Positions 7,923-18,531 of a stretch of 64,000 nt of DNA are shown here, piece after piece. The notes under the pieces were generated by a model. The model saw nothing but the letters and a program-made list of their open reading frames with translations. It was not told the origin of the DNA and did no database searches. This DNA is from Alphaproteobacteria bacterium UBA3864 (GTDB taxonomy: Bacteria; Pseudomonadota; Alphaproteobacteria; CAAGCB01; CAG-977). Positions within the stretch are counted from its first letter, which is position 1. Each line of letters begins with the position of its first letter. The translations under genes and the position numbers were made by a program. Location of the stretch: contig DGGW01000066.1 of NCBI GenBank assembly GCA_002393065.1, positions 435-64,434 of the forward strand, written 5' to 3'.

Positions 7923-10900
7923 TTAAAAAATATTCGGTACCAGTTTTCGGATGACGCCGGGGGCGACGGCCGACAACGGATTGACGGATATTTCCGGCGT
8001 CGGCAGGACGCCTTCGATTTTATAAGAAACGCCGATCAGCCCGCCGCCTTTTTCGCCCGTCAGCATTTTCCCGACAAGGGGGACTTTGCCGACCAACCCG
8101 TTCACGCCGTAAAAAGGCATCATCGTTCCGGTCAGGTCCAAAAAGCTTTTTTGACCGTTATAACTTCCTTCCAGCGTGATGCCCAGCGACGACCCCGCCA
8201 CCAATCCGTCGTTTACGGTTAATATCCCGTTGTTATGGGCGAATTGCGCTTCCGCTTTTTCGAAGTGCAGTCCTTTCCCCGTCAGCGTGTCGATCAGCCC
8301 CGTGAACGACGTCAGACGCAACAGACGCGTTAAAAGCGGCTGTTCTGCCAATCTGAAATCTTCGATTTCGAGCAATCCGGAAGCGCCCTTTTCGGTGTTG
8401 TATTGCCCTTTGATTTTAATTTTTCCGCCTTTGACGGTTGACATGGATCCCAGCAGTTTCATCAGAGAACCGGCGTCGTCGGACGTGAAAGCGAAGGCGG
8501 ATTCGTTGTTTTTCGGATCGGGATAAAACTTGAAACGGAACGGCGTGCGTTTTTCGCCGATTTTTCCCGTCGCGTCGATTCGTTGCGGCGCGCCGCCCTT
8601 CAAAACGGCCGCGAAAGCATTGTCTTCGGCGGCGGAATCCGACAACCAGACTTTGTTGAAAACGGCGTTGATGACGTAAAGCGGTTCATCGGCGTTTTTA
8701 TTCGGTTCGTCCTTGTCGCTATTGATTTCTTTTCCGGTTTCGTCCCCGCTTTTTTCTTGCTTTTTTATCAGTTGCGATAGATCCAGCGACAATCCGTTTG
8801 CGTCAATCCGGTTTTTTCCTTTGACATTGAAACGGATGCGGGCTTTCAGATCGGTTTTACCGGCGACCAGAACGGGAACGTTGATGCGGGCGATATTTCC
8901 GTCGGGAGCGAAATCCATGGACGTTTTGACGATGTTTCCGGCTTTGTCCGAAACGGTAATGTCCGGTATGGCTTTAAGGGCGTTGTTTTCGAACGTCATT
9001 TTCAGGCGCGCCGTTCCGCCGGTTTCCGCTTTTTTCACCCAGTTGATCATGGGGAAATCGAGCGCGGCGGGAGTAAGATCGGCGTCGGCCGACGCTTCAC
9101 CCGTCCCGTTTCTGAACAGGCGTAAAAGAAAGCGCACCGGAACCGTTCCGACAACGTACGGCGTAGCGGCGTAATCGACGCCTATATCCTTTCGCGCGGC
9201 GTCGGTGACTTGTCCCGTTACGGCCAGATCCGTCGAAACGTCTTTCTGACCGGTGAAGTCCTGAAACAGTTCGGCGTGAACGGCGCCTTCCCGCGCCAGA
9301 GCGTCGGCCGTCAGTGTCAGTCCTTTTTCGTTGACGGAAAGATCGGCGTCGACATCCTGCAGGGCGATGAAGTCGAAAGGATAGCCTTTAAACGCGGCCT
9401 TGTCGGTTTTCGCGTCGACCGAGAACGCGACATCTTCCGGTTTTAAATCGTCTTTGAGCGGGAAGGTCAGCTTTAACAATCCCGTCGCCGGTCCGGACAG
9501 GTTTTCGGGCCCGATTTGCGTCGTTTGGCGTGTCAGACCGAGCCCCGGCGATAAAACGACGGACATCGCGTCGGACAAATCGGCGACTTCCAGCGGAACG
9601 GACAGGTCGAAATAGGGGACGGGACGATCCAGCCCCGTAAAAGCCGCCCGCGCGTGACGGGATACGAGACCGGCGGATTTCGCGGAATAAATACTGATGA
9701 CGATATCCTTTAAAGAATAGTCGATTTTACCGTCGGCGTCCGTTACGACGGGCATGCCGTCCATGTAGGTCAGGGCGACGTTCCGAAGACCGTGCGTTAT
9801 GTCAAGCTTTGTTACGCCGAACCCCGTCCCGTCGTCGCCGAACGCCATATACAGCGACGCGTTCGGAACGACGCCTTCTTTAACGTTGCCGACGACCCAG
9901 TCGTAAACGTCTGGAATACTGCTTCTCGGCCAATAATCGCGCGCCTGATCAATGGAAAAGTTTTCGGCCGTTGCCGTCAAAACGGCGTTCAGCAACGCCG
10001 GATTCTTTTTGGTCAGAGCGGCGTTGACGTTATCGACTTTGAAATTCCCGCGAAGTTTCGCGCCGCGTCTTAAATCAACGGCGATGGCGGGCAGGGAGAG
10101 CGTTTTGTCGCGTTTGTTCCATTCTCCGTCGATTTTGAAAGAGGCGACGTCATAATATCCGCCGATATCCCGCGGCAGAACGATGTCGCCTTCCGTCCCC
10201 GTCAGAGTGAAAGAGGCCTGACGGAGGATGTCGTGCCATTGAAACTTGTCCGACGGATACCGGAAGGGGCGCGTGTCGATTTGCAGGGACAGCGCCAAAG
10301 TCAGCGGGACGGACACGCCGTTCAGCAAAGGATATTTTTCCGCGCCGCGCAGCTTTTTCAAATCGACGTCGCTGATCAGCAGTTTTATCGGAACGAACGC
10401 CGTGTGAGACCGCCATCGCGCCGACAAGGCGGCATGAACGGGGCGACCGGCCGTTTCGGCGGTGAAATCGGCGGTGACTTTGTAACGTCCGAAACGGCGG
10501 ACATAGGAAATCGAAAAAGACGGGAAATTGAATTTCGAATTGTTGGCCCGATCGGTGATTCCGATGCGGGCATTCAGAATTTGAAAACGTGTCGGCTCGG
10601 TGTGGCGTCTGAAGATGTCGGCGATCGTCGGCAGCAAAGGCTCTTCTCCCGTTTCGGCGGATGTTTTTTCTTCGTCGCTTTCCTGCTCGGAACCGGCGTT
10701 TAAAACGATGTCGACCTTCGGATCGAAAACGGCCAGACGGCGCGGCGCCACTTTGCCGCGCAATAACGATAAAAGGCGGAAAACGACCGTCGCTCGCGGG
10801 ACGTCCGCCGCGAAAGCATCTTTTTTGGAAGCGTGCAGTTCGGAAATTTCGATATGGACGGGGCTGGACCATTTGTCCCAAACCAGTCGGGCGTCGCCGA

Positions 10901-11078
10901 TCGATAAAGTCAGGCCGTCAACGCTTTGCATCGCTTTTTGCGACAGGACGGGTAGAAAACGGTTCAGCGATACGGGCCCCATCCTTAACCGGAACAACAG
11001 CGCGCCGATACAGCACAGAAACGCAAACGACAGCGTCAGAAAAGCGATCGCAAAAAATTTGAAAAACTTGCGCTTCAT
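7923..11078 (-). CDS. AsmA-family outer-membrane biogenesis protein (AsmA/YhdP-like, 1051 aa).
   Basis: N-terminal signal/TM (MKRKFFKFFAIAFLTLSFAFLCC). Long beta-rich body. C-terminal AsmA_2/DUF3971-like segment (LLTRLLRLTSFTGLIDTLTGKGLHFEKAEAQFAHNNGILTVNDGLVAGSSLGITLEGSYN). Confidence 0.8.
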   Translation of the reverse strand: MKRKFFKFFAIAFLTLSFAFLCCIGALLFRLRMGPVSLNRFLPVLSQKAMQSVDGLTLSIGDARLVWDKWSSPVHIEISELHASKKDAFAADVPRATVVFRLLSLLRGKVAPRRLAVFDPKVDIVLNAGSEQESDEEKTSAETGEEPLLPTIADIFRRHTEPTRFQILNARIGITDRANNSKFNFPSFSISYVRRFGRYKVTADFTAETAGRPVHAALSARWRSHTAFVPIKLLISDVDLKKLRGAEKYPLLNGVSVPLTLALSLQIDTRPFRYPSDKFQWHDILRQASFTLTGTEGDIVLPRDIGGYYDVASFKIDGEWNKRDKTLSLPAIAVDLRRGAKLRGNFKVDNVNAALTKKNPALLNAVLTATAENFSIDQARDYWPRSSIPDVYDWVVGNVKEGVVPNASLYMAFGDDGTGFGVTKLDITHGLRNVALTYMDGMPVVTDADGKIDYSLKDIVISIYSAKSAGLVSRHARAAFTGLDRPVPYFDLSVPLEVADLSDAMSVVLSPGLGLTRQTTQIGPENLSGPATGLLKLTFPLKDDLKPEDVAFSVDAKTDKAAFKGYPFDFIALQDVDADLSVNEKGLTLTADALAREGAVHAELFQDFTGQKDVSTDLAVTGQVTDAARKDIGVDYAATPYVVGTVPVRFLLRLFRNGTGEASADADLTPAALDFPMINWVKKAETGGTARLKMTFENNALKAIPDITVSDKAGNIVKTSMDFAPDGNIARINVPVLVAGKTDLKARIRFNVKGKNRIDANGLSLDLSQLIKKQEKSGDETGKEINSDKDEPNKNADEPLYVINAVFNKVWLSDSAAEDNAFAAVLKGGAPQRIDATGKIGEKRTPFRFKFYPDPKNNESAFAFTSDDAGSLMKLLGSMSTVKGGKIKIKGQYNTEKGASGLLEIEDFRLAEQPLLTRLLRLTSFTGLIDTLTGKGLHFEKAEAQFAHNNGILTVNDGLVAGSSLGITLEGSYNGQKSFLDLTGTMMPFYGVNGLVGKVPLVGKMLTGEKGGGLIGVSYKIEGVLPTPEISVNPLSAVAPGVIRKLVPNIF

Positions 11079-11140
11079 AAAAAAACTCCGTACTATCTGA
11101 AAACAGGATAATTTAATCGTGAAGATTCGTCCATAATTTT

Positions 11141-13852
11141 ATGTGTGATAGAGCCGAAATCGAAACGCTTTGGCAAAACAGGTTCACCCCTTATCTGAAC
11201 CGCGTGTTGAACGCCGAAGAAGACTTCTTTGCGAAAGCGTTGCGCGACGGATGGGACAAGACTTACGCGGCGTTGATTCTGGACGCTTTCCGCCGTTTGT
11301 ATCCGTCCGACGATCCCGAAACGGTCGCCGTCGAACTGCGCCGCCTGAAACGAAAGGCCGCTTTGCTGATCGGCGCGGCGGATCTGAACGGCGATTGGGG
11401 ACTTGAGAAAGTTACGCGCGCCCTGTCATTGCTGGCGGAAACCTGTCTGAAAACGGCGCTCGCGTCGCTGTTGCGCTCGGCGGCGCAAAAGGGCGATTTA
11501 TGTCTGAAAGATACGGCGCATCCGGAACGCGGTTGCGGTTTGATCGTTTTGGCGATGGGTAAGCTCGGGGCTCGCGAACTGAATTATTCTTCCGACATCG
11601 ACCTGATCGTTTTGTTCGACGCGGAAAAAACGCCGTACGCGGGACGGCGCGACATTGATTCTTTTTGCGTCCGCCTGACGCGCAATCTGATCGCGATGAT
11701 GGAGGAAAAAACAGCTTTCGGGTATGTTTTCCGGACGGATTTGCGTTTGCGTCCCGATCCGGGATCGACGCCGGTCGCGTTATCGACGGTCGCCGCCGCG
11801 TGTTATTACGAAAGCTTCGCGCAAAACTGGGAACGCGCCGCTTTTATCAAAGCCCGCCCCGTCGCCGGCGATAAGGAAGCGGGAGAGGCTTTCCTGAAAG
11901 AAATATCCCCCTTCGTTTGGCGCAAAACGACCGATTTTTACGCTTTGAGCCAGATCAACGCCATCAAGCGTTCGCTCGGCGCGCGTTCGCCGGAGGAAGG
12001 TCTGGCCGGTTGGAACGTGAAGATCGGACGCGGCGGAATACGGGAAATCGAGTTTTTTACGCAGCTTCAGCAGCTGTTGTGGGGCGGGCGGGACCCGTCC
12101 CTGCGTTCGCGGGCGACTTTGCCGGCGCTGAACGCTTTGGTATCGGCCGGCCGTATCGACGGGGAGCAGAAAGGGAACTTGTCGGAAGCTTACGTTTTTC
12201 TGCGCACTCTGGAGCACCGTTTGCAAATGGTCGAAGACGAACAAACGCAATCGTTACCGAAAACGGCGGAAGGATTGGCGTATATCGCGCGTCTGACGGG
12301 ACGGGCCGAAGAGGATTTCGAACGGGATTTGAACGCGTACAGAAAAACCGTTTCCGAAGCGTATGACGGCTTGTTCGAAACGGAAACCGCCGACGGCGAA
12401 ACGCTGTCGTTCGGCGGAACGGACCTGCCGGAACAAACGGCGGCGCTTTTGACGGAGAAAGGTTTCGCCGATTTGGCGTTTATCGCCGATTCCGTGCGCG
12501 GATGGATGTCGGGTCGTTATCGCGCCGTCCGGTCGGATCAGGCGCGGGAGCTGTTGTCCGAATTGTTGCCGGCGTTGTTCAAAGCGTTGTCGAAAACGCC
12601 GAATCCGGATACGGCGTTCGCCCGTTTCGACGATTTTCTGCGCGGGCTTCCGTCGGGCGTCCAGTTGTTTTCGTTGTTCCGTTCCCGTCCGGCTTTGCTG
12701 GATTTGTGCGCCGAATTGTTCGGAACGGCGTCATCCTTTGCTTCGGAGCTGGCGCATCGCCCGAATTTGCTGGACGCCGTTCTATCCCCCGGTTTCTTTA
12801 CCGCTTTTCCGTCCGCCGACGGGCTGGAAGCGGAGGCTTTCGCCGCCGTTCGTCAGGCTGACGGGTTGGAGCAAGCCATGGACGTCGTCCGCGTTTTTTC
12901 CCGTGAAAAGCGTTTTCAGGCGGCCGTGTGGTTCCTGCGCGGACTGACGGACGCCGAACGTGTCGGAGAGGCTCTGTCCGATATTTTGCAGGCGGCGTTG
13001 AAAGCGTTGATCCCCTTCGTCGAATCCGATTTCGCGCGAACGGCGGGAAAAATGCCCGACGGCGCTTTTTCGCTGGTCGCGATGGGAAAAGCCGGCAGTC
13101 GGGAAATGAATTTCGGATCCGATCTGGATTTGCTGTTTTTGTACGACGCGCCGCCGGACGCCTTTTCCGACGGCAGAAAAGCTTTGCCTCCCTCCGTTTA
13201 CTATGCCCGTTTGGCGCAAAGAATCGTCAGCGCGATTTCAGCCGATACGCGGGAAGGCGTTCTGTGGCCGATCGATATGCGCCTTCGCCCGTCCGGTGTT
13301 GCGGGCCCTGCCGCCGTGTCGTTGGAAGCGTTCAGAAAATACTATGACGGTCAGGCATGGACATGGGAGAAGATGGCGCTGACCAAAGCGCGAGTGCTGA
13401 TCGGTTCCGTCGGCGAACGGGAAATATCCGCCGTTCTGAACGCGCCGGACGATCGTGAGAAAATCATTCGCGACGTTGCGGAAATGCGCGCAAAAATCGC
13501 CGAAACGAAAACGGCGGAAACGGTATGGGACGTCAAATACGCCGCCGGCGGGATGATCGACATCGAATTTTTCGCGCAAAGGATGAAGCTGCTCGACCCG
13601 ACGATAAAAGAGCGTTCCGTGCGCGGGATATTGGGCGAATCGCCGCTGACGGAGATTTACCGTTTGTGGCAATCTCTTTCCGTTCTGTTTTCGCTGTGTT
13701 CCGAAACGGGAACGACGATCATGGACGCTTCGCCCGCCGTTAAAAAGAAGGTCGCAACGTTATGCAACGCGTCTTCGTTTGAAGAAGCGGAAAAAATCGT
13801 CAGGGAAAAACAGGCTTACGCTTCGGCGATGACGATGGCGCCTTTCAGGTGA
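11141..13852 (+). CDS. glnE: Bifunctional glutamine synthetase adenylyltransferase/adenylyl-removing enzyme GlnE.
   Basis: Two nucleotidyltransferase repeats (GKLGARELNYSSDIDLIVLFD and GKAGSREMNFGSDLDLLFLYD) with GlnE-typical linker regions. 903 aa. Confidence 0.85.
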   Translation: MCDRAEIETLWQNRFTPYLNRVLNAEEDFFAKALRDGWDKTYAALILDAFRRLYPSDDPETVAVELRRLKRKAALLIGAADLNGDWGLEKVTRALSLLAETCLKTALASLLRSAAQKGDLCLKDTAHPERGCGLIVLAMGKLGARELNYSSDIDLIVLFDAEKTPYAGRRDIDSFCVRLTRNLIAMMEEKTAFGYVFRTDLRLRPDPGSTPVALSTVAAACYYESFAQNWERAAFIKARPVAGDKEAGEAFLKEISPFVWRKTTDFYALSQINAIKRSLGARSPEEGLAGWNVKIGRGGIREIEFFTQLQQLLWGGRDPSLRSRATLPALNALVSAGRIDGEQKGNLSEAYVFLRTLEHRLQMVEDEQTQSLPKTAEGLAYIARLTGRAEEDFERDLNAYRKTVSEAYDGLFETETADGETLSFGGTDLPEQTAALLTEKGFADLAFIADSVRGWMSGRYRAVRSDQARELLSELLPALFKALSKTPNPDTAFARFDDFLRGLPSGVQLFSLFRSRPALLDLCAELFGTASSFASELAHRPNLLDAVLSPGFFTAFPSADGLEAEAFAAVRQADGLEQAMDVVRVFSREKRFQAAVWFLRGLTDAERVGEALSDILQAALKALIPFVESDFARTAGKMPDGAFSLVAMGKAGSREMNFGSDLDLLFLYDAPPDAFSDGRKALPPSVYYARLAQRIVSAISADTREGVLWPIDMRLRPSGVAGPAAVSLEAFRKYYDGQAWTWEKMALTKARVLIGSVGEREISAVLNAPDDREKIIRDVAEMRAKIAETKTAETVWDVKYAAGGMIDIEFFAQRMKLLDPTIKERSVRGILGESPLTEIYRLWQSLSVLFSLCSETGTTIMDASPAVKKKVATLCNASSFEEAEKIVREKQAYASAMTMAPFR

Positions 13853-15099
13853 GCGATGGCTTCGTCGGCCGTTTCTTCGTCGCAGGCGTGAACGAACGCC
13901 AGAGGGATTTGCTTCGACACGTACATTCCCGGTTTGCAGACGTTCGTGAAACCGGCGGAAAAGTCGATTTTCTCTTCCTGATACATACGCCCCGCGCCCA
14001 TTTGCAAGACCGTCAGACCGATCCAGCGCATATTCATTGATTCGACCGTGCCGTCCGTGTCGGGATAAACGGGTTTGACGACGGGCGCCGCGTTCAGGAA
14101 GGGGGACGGATTGCGCATGAACGCCGGCGAAACGCCGAAAACGGACAGCATGATACCGAACCGTTCCGCCGCGCGACCGCTTGATACGGCGTCATCGACT
14201 TTTGCGTAAGCTTCAGACTGATCCTTTGCCAGACCGTTTTGGATCAGCGCGCATCCGCACACGCGGCGGACGAGTTCGTGCAGATCGGCGTCGCGCGGTC
14301 CCAGAGCCCCCGTCAGATAAGCCCATATCTCGTATATTTCAAGCGCCGTTCCGATGTTTTGCCCGACAACGCGGTCCATGTCGGAATATGTGTACGCCGT
14401 TTCGATTCCGAACCGCGGCGCGCAAAGGTCCAGCAATTCGCGATACCGGTCGGCTTCTTCTTTCGTTTTGGTAAAAGAACCAGAACCGACTTTCAGATCG
14501 ACGGTCAGCTTTTTGATGCCGCTGACGACTTTTTTCGTCAGCATGGATGCGACCATCAGCGGCAGACTGGCCAGCGTCGCCGTGATGTCGCGAATGTCCT
14601 GAATACGGATGGCGACGGGTGCGAACTGGTCGGTCGACGACATGAACGCGCATCCGGCTTCGCGCAAAGCTTTACGGAAACGGCCGTGCGACGGGCGCGA
14701 ATCGTATCCCATGATGCTTTCCAGCTTGTCGAGCGTTCCGCCCGTATGGTATTGCATCCGGTCGCAGATCATCGGCACGTACAATCCGCACGCCGCCAGA
14801 ACGGGCGCCGCGAGGATCTCGATCTTGTCGCCGACGCCGGGCAAAGCGTGCAATGCCGCGACAGGGCCCGAAAAATCTTCCGCGTCCCAGTTGAAAACCA
14901 TTCCCGTTTTAACGGATTCTTCGACCCAGCGGACGACTTCGTTTTCGCTCATGCCGTTGATCTGGCACGCCATCAGCAAAGCGGCGATCTGTCCGTCGCC
15001 GATCGACCAGTCGTCGATGCCCCTGATGAACGTCGCGATATCGTCGGGCGACAGCTCGCCTCCGTCGCGCTTTTTGCGGATGATGTCCTGTGTCGACAT
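13816..15099 (-). CDS. Thymidine/pyrimidine-nucleoside phosphorylase family protein, divergent paralog with a degenerate phosphate-binding loop.
   Basis: Collinear with DeoA (N-terminal IRKKRDGGELS, TGGTLDKLESI, LTKKV). The canonical DKHSTGGVGD is replaced by AALHALPGVGD and SGRGLGH by CDRMQYH. It overlaps the glnE 3' end convergently by 37 bp. Confidence 0.75.
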   Translation of the reverse strand: MSTQDIIRKKRDGGELSPDDIATFIRGIDDWSIGDGQIAALLMACQINGMSENEVVRWVEESVKTGMVFNWDAEDFSGPVAALHALPGVGDKIEILAAPVLAACGLYVPMICDRMQYHTGGTLDKLESIMGYDSRPSHGRFRKALREAGCAFMSSTDQFAPVAIRIQDIRDITATLASLPLMVASMLTKKVVSGIKKLTVDLKVGSGSFTKTKEEADRYRELLDLCAPRFGIETAYTYSDMDRVVGQNIGTALEIYEIWAYLTGALGPRDADLHELVRRVCGCALIQNGLAKDQSEAYAKVDDAVSSGRAAERFGIMLSVFGVSPAFMRNPSPFLNAAPVVKPVYPDTDGTVESMNMRWIGLTVLQMGAGRMYQEEKIDFSAGFTNVCKPGMYVSKQIPLAFVHACDEETADEAIAHLKGAIVIAEA

Positions 15100-15166
15100 G
15101 AAGAAAGCTCCGGATGAAAAGAGAGGAGGGCATTCGCAAAGGAACGCCCTCCCGCAAAATAACGGA

Positions 15167-16405
15167 TTATTTTTTCAGGAACGATTTGCCGTTTTCGAAC
15201 GGTTCCAACCCGAAATATTCGGCGATCGTCTGACCGATGTCGGAATACGTGTCGCGTCGGCCGATGAATCGCGGTTCAACGCCTTTGCCGAACATGATGA
15301 CGGGAACGTGTTCGCGCGTGTGGTCCGTGCCGCGGAACGTCGGGTCGCATCCGTGGTCGGCCGTGATGAACACGATGTCGCCTTCGCGCAGTTCGGCCAT
15401 CAGTTCGGGCAGACGGGAATCGAAGTATTCCAGTCCGGCGGCGTATCCCGACACGTCGCGGCGGTGGCCGTAGTACATATCGAAATCGACGAAGTTCGGG
15501 AAAATGATCGAATTGTCGGGCGCCGTTTTGACCTGTTCGAGCGTGCGGTCGAAAATTTCCGGCAGACCGACGGCTTTGACCGCCTGCGTGATGCCCTGCG
15601 CGGCGAAGATGTCGCTGATCTTGCCGATGGAAATGACGTTGCCGCCGGCGGCTTTCATCTTGTCCAGAACGGTCGGCGCGGGCGGCAGGACGGAGTAGTC
15701 GTGGCGTCCGCCGGTGCGCTTGAACGTCGCCGCCGTTTCGCCGTCGAACGGACGCGCGATGACGCGGGCGACGACGCCGTATTTGTCCGCGTGCTTGTTC
15801 AGCAGTTCGCGGGCGATGTGGCAGATTTCGTACAGCCGTTCCAGCCCGAAATATTTTTCATGCGCGCAGATCTGGAAAACGCTGTCGGCGGACGTGTAAA
15901 CGATCGGTTTGCCCGTTCTGACGCTTTCTTCGCCGAGTTCTTCCAAAATGACCGTGCCGGAAGCGGCTTTGTTGCCGATGACGCCGGGGATTTTCGCTTC
16001 TTTGATAAATTCGTCCAGCAGTTCCTGCGGGAAGCTCGGGTAATCGGGTTTGAAGTATCCCCAATTGTAGGTTACGGGAACGCCCGCCATTTCCCAATGG
16101 CCGGAGGTCGTGTCTTTGCCTTTGCTGACTTCTTTGGAATACCCGTAAACGCCCGTGATTTCCGAAACGGGGATCTGCAGGTTCGGCGCGTATTCGCCGT
16201 TGCATTGCTTATACAATTCGCCCAAACCGAGCTTGACCATATTCGGGACTTTCAGAACGCCCGTGCGGTTGTTTTCGGCTTTGCCTTCGGCGCAAGCCTG
16301 CGCGATGTGTCCCAGCGTGGACGCGCCCGTATCGCCGAACGCCGCGGCATCCGGCGCTTCGCCGACGCCGAAAGAATCCAACATTAAAATAATAGCCCGT
16401 TTCAT
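15167..16405 (-). CDS. deoB: Phosphopentomutase.
   Basis: [21 protein letters not shown]..., the metal-binding DHGCDPT and the overall DeoB length. SD AGGAAGG upstream of the ATG at 16405. The ORF-track start at 16450 is a TTG upstream extension. Confidence 0.9.
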   Translation of the reverse strand: MKRAIILMLDSFGVGEAPDAAAFGDTGASTLGHIAQACAEGKAENNRTGVLKVPNMVKLGLGELYKQCNGEYAPNLQIPVSEITGVYGYSKEVSKGKDTTSGHWEMAGVPVTYNWGYFKPDYPSFPQELLDEFIKEAKIPGVIGNKAASGTVILEELGEESVRTGKPIVYTSADSVFQICAHEKYFGLERLYEICHIARELLNKHADKYGVVARVIARPFDGETAATFKRTGGRHDYSVLPPAPTVLDKMKAAGGNVISIGKISDIFAAQGITQAVKAVGLPEIFDRTLEQVKTAPDNSIIFPNFVDFDMYYGHRRDVSGYAAGLEYFDSRLPELMAELREGDIVFITADHGCDPTFRGTDHTREHVPVIMFGKGVEPRFIGRRDTYSDIGQTIAEYFGLEPFENGKSFLKK

Positions 16406-16430
16406 CTTTTCCTTCCTTTTCTTTGTCCGT

Positions 16431-17762
16431 TCAAAATGATGTTCCGGCAACCGTTCCGTAAGTTACGGCCGCCGCTTTTTCCGGTTTTTCGTCAGTCAGG
16501 ACGATTGCCGAGCGCAAAGCCTGTTCGACTTGCGCGAAAGAGTCTTCGGTTTCGGCGCGCACGACGGCGATCGGACGGTCTTTGTCCGCGTATTCGCCGA
16601 CGGCGATGAAGTCCGTGTAGCCGACCGCGTAATCAATGAGTTGTCCCGCGTCGCGACGCTGCCCGCCCAAAATCGCCAGCGATTCGCCGACGGCTTTCGC
16701 GTCGATCGAAGCGACGTATCCCTCCGTTCCGGCAAAGACGGGACGAACGACGGCCGCCCGCGGCAAATGCTTTTCCGGATCGTTCGTGAAGTCCGCCGGT
16801 CCGCCCGATTCCGCGACCATTCGGGCAAAACGTTCCGCGGCTTCGCCCGAAGCAAACGCCCGTTCCAGCTTTTGACGCGCGTCATCGGCGTCGGCCGCCA
16901 GACCTTTGAGGGGTAACAGTTCGGACCCGATGGTCAGGACGGCCTCTTTCAAGCGGGGATTTTGCTTTTTGCCGGTCAGGAAATCGACGGCCTGAAGAAC
17001 TTCGACGGCGTTGCCGACGGCACTGCCCAACACCTGATTCATATCGGTAATGACGGCGCGGGCGGGAACGCCGACGCCGGCGGACACTTCGACAAGCAGT
17101 TTCGCCAAAGCTTTCGCCGATTCGATATCGGTCATGAACGCGCCGTTGCCGCAGGTCAGTTCGATGACCAGCCCGTCCAATCCTTCCGCCAGCTTTTTCG
17201 ACAGGACGGACGCCGTAATCAGCGGGACCGACTCGATCGTCGCCGCAGCGTCGCGGACGGCATAGATTCTTTTGTCCGCCAAAGCCAAATCGCCGGTCTG
17301 CCCGATAATCGCGCAACCGACTTTTTTGGTGATTTCTTTAAATTTTTCGGGCGAAGGCGCGATCTGATAACCGGGGATCGATTCGATCTTGTCGACCGTT
17401 CCGCCCGTATATCCCAGTCCGCGGCCCGATATCATCGGGACGTAACCGCCGCACGCTGCGACGGCCGGCGCCAGAATCATGCTGACGGAATCGCCGATCC
17501 CGCCGGTCGAATGCTTGTCCAGAACGGGACCGTCCAGTCCGGTGTTCGTCCAATCCAGCGTTTCGCCCGATTCCGCCATCGCTTTTGTCAGCGCGACGGT
17601 TTCATCCGTATCCATGCCGCGCAGGAAAATCGCCATCGTGAACGCGGCGATCTGACCTTCGGGAATCGACCAATCGGTCACACCTTTGACGAAGAATTCG
17701 ATTTCCTCCGTCGTCAGTTTTTTTTCGTCGCGTTTATGTTTGATGACTTCCTGCGGGAGCAT
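16431..17762 (-). CDS. deoA: Thymidine phosphorylase (canonical).
   Basis: [32 protein letters not shown] and [14 protein letters not shown] motifs. The ATG at 17762 gives [12 protein letters not shown]; the ORF-track start at 17780 is TTG. Confidence 0.9.
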   Translation of the reverse strand: MLPQEVIKHKRDEKKLTTEEIEFFVKGVTDWSIPEGQIAAFTMAIFLRGMDTDETVALTKAMAESGETLDWTNTGLDGPVLDKHSTGGIGDSVSMILAPAVAACGGYVPMISGRGLGYTGGTVDKIESIPGYQIAPSPEKFKEITKKVGCAIIGQTGDLALADKRIYAVRDAAATIESVPLITASVLSKKLAEGLDGLVIELTCGNGAFMTDIESAKALAKLLVEVSAGVGVPARAVITDMNQVLGSAVGNAVEVLQAVDFLTGKKQNPRLKEAVLTIGSELLPLKGLAADADDARQKLERAFASGEAAERFARMVAESGGPADFTNDPEKHLPRAAVVRPVFAGTEGYVASIDAKAVGESLAILGGQRRDAGQLIDYAVGYTDFIAVGEYADKDRPIAVVRAETEDSFAQVEQALRSAIVLTDEKPEKAAAVTYGTVAGTSF

Positions 17763-17780
17763 GACTTTCCTTAACGGCAA

Positions 17781-18527
17781 TTATTCGGCTTCGTATCCCA
17801 TCGACGCGAGCAGGGCGCCGCGCAATCCGGAAGCGCCGAAACGGAACGTTTTTTTCGTCGCCCATTTCGGTCCCATGATTTTGTCGGCCAGAGCCAGATA
17901 ATCCGCCGCCTGTTCCGTCGTGCGGACGCCGCCGGACGCTTTGAATCCGACGGGTTTGCCCGATTCGCGAATCGCTTCGAGCATACAGTTCGCCGCTTCG
18001 AGAGTCGCGGAAACCGGCGTTTTGCCCGTCGACGTTTTGATGAAGTCGGCGCCGCATTCGATCGACAGACGGGACGCTTCGGTGATGGTCTGCGCGTGTT
18101 CCAGTTCGCCGCTTTCGATGATGACTTTCAACACGTGGCCTTTGCAGGCTTCGCGGGTGGCTTTCAGCAGTTGACGGCAGATTTCCTTGTCGCCGGCCAT
18201 GAAAGACTTGTACGGCAGAACGACGTCGATTTCATCGGCGCCGTCGGCGATCGCCTGTTTCGTTTCGGCGACCGTCGCGTCGATATCCGTTCCGCCGTGC
18301 GGGAAGTTGACGACCGTCGCGATGTCGACGCCCGTTCCTTCCAATTCCCTTTTCGCCGTCGCGACAAAGCGCGGCCAGACGCAAACGGCGGCCGTGTGTC
18401 CGAAATCGCCGTGGGCCTGCGCACAAAGTTTGACGATTTTTTCTTCGGTATCGTTATCGTTCAAGCTGGTCAGGTCCATCAGGGACATGGCTTTGGCGGC
18501 GATATCTTTTGTGGATAAGTCGGTCAT
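17781..18527 (-). CDS. deoC: Deoxyribose-phosphate aldolase.
   Basis: MTDLSTKDIAAKAMSLMDLTSLNDNDT..., the Schiff-base Lys context FIKTSTGK, 248 aa, E. coli-type DeoC. Confidence 0.9.
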   Translation of the reverse strand: MTDLSTKDIAAKAMSLMDLTSLNDNDTEEKIVKLCAQAHGDFGHTAAVCVWPRFVATAKRELEGTGVDIATVVNFPHGGTDIDATVAETKQAIADGADEIDVVLPYKSFMAGDKEICRQLLKATREACKGHVLKVIIESGELEHAQTITEASRLSIECGADFIKTSTGKTPVSATLEAANCMLEAIRESGKPVGFKASGGVRTTEQAADYLALADKIMGPKWATKKTFRFGASGLRGALLASMGYEAE

Positions 18528-18531
18528 GGAT

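Noticed and set aside
14609-16387. 592-aa plus-strand ORF
   Set aside because: It is antisense to the clearly homologous deoB and thymidine-phosphorylase genes. It is Arg/Ala-rich, typical of spurious ORFs on the antisense strand of high-GC genes.
15167-16450. ORF-track start coordinates of several genes (e.g. deoB at 16450, deoA at 17780, aroA at 59541, pepF at 52544, cdd at 19855)
   Set aside because: These are maximal ORFs beginning at TTG/GTG or upstream ATG codons without RBS support. Internal ATG starts with an SD and family-typical N-termini were preferred.
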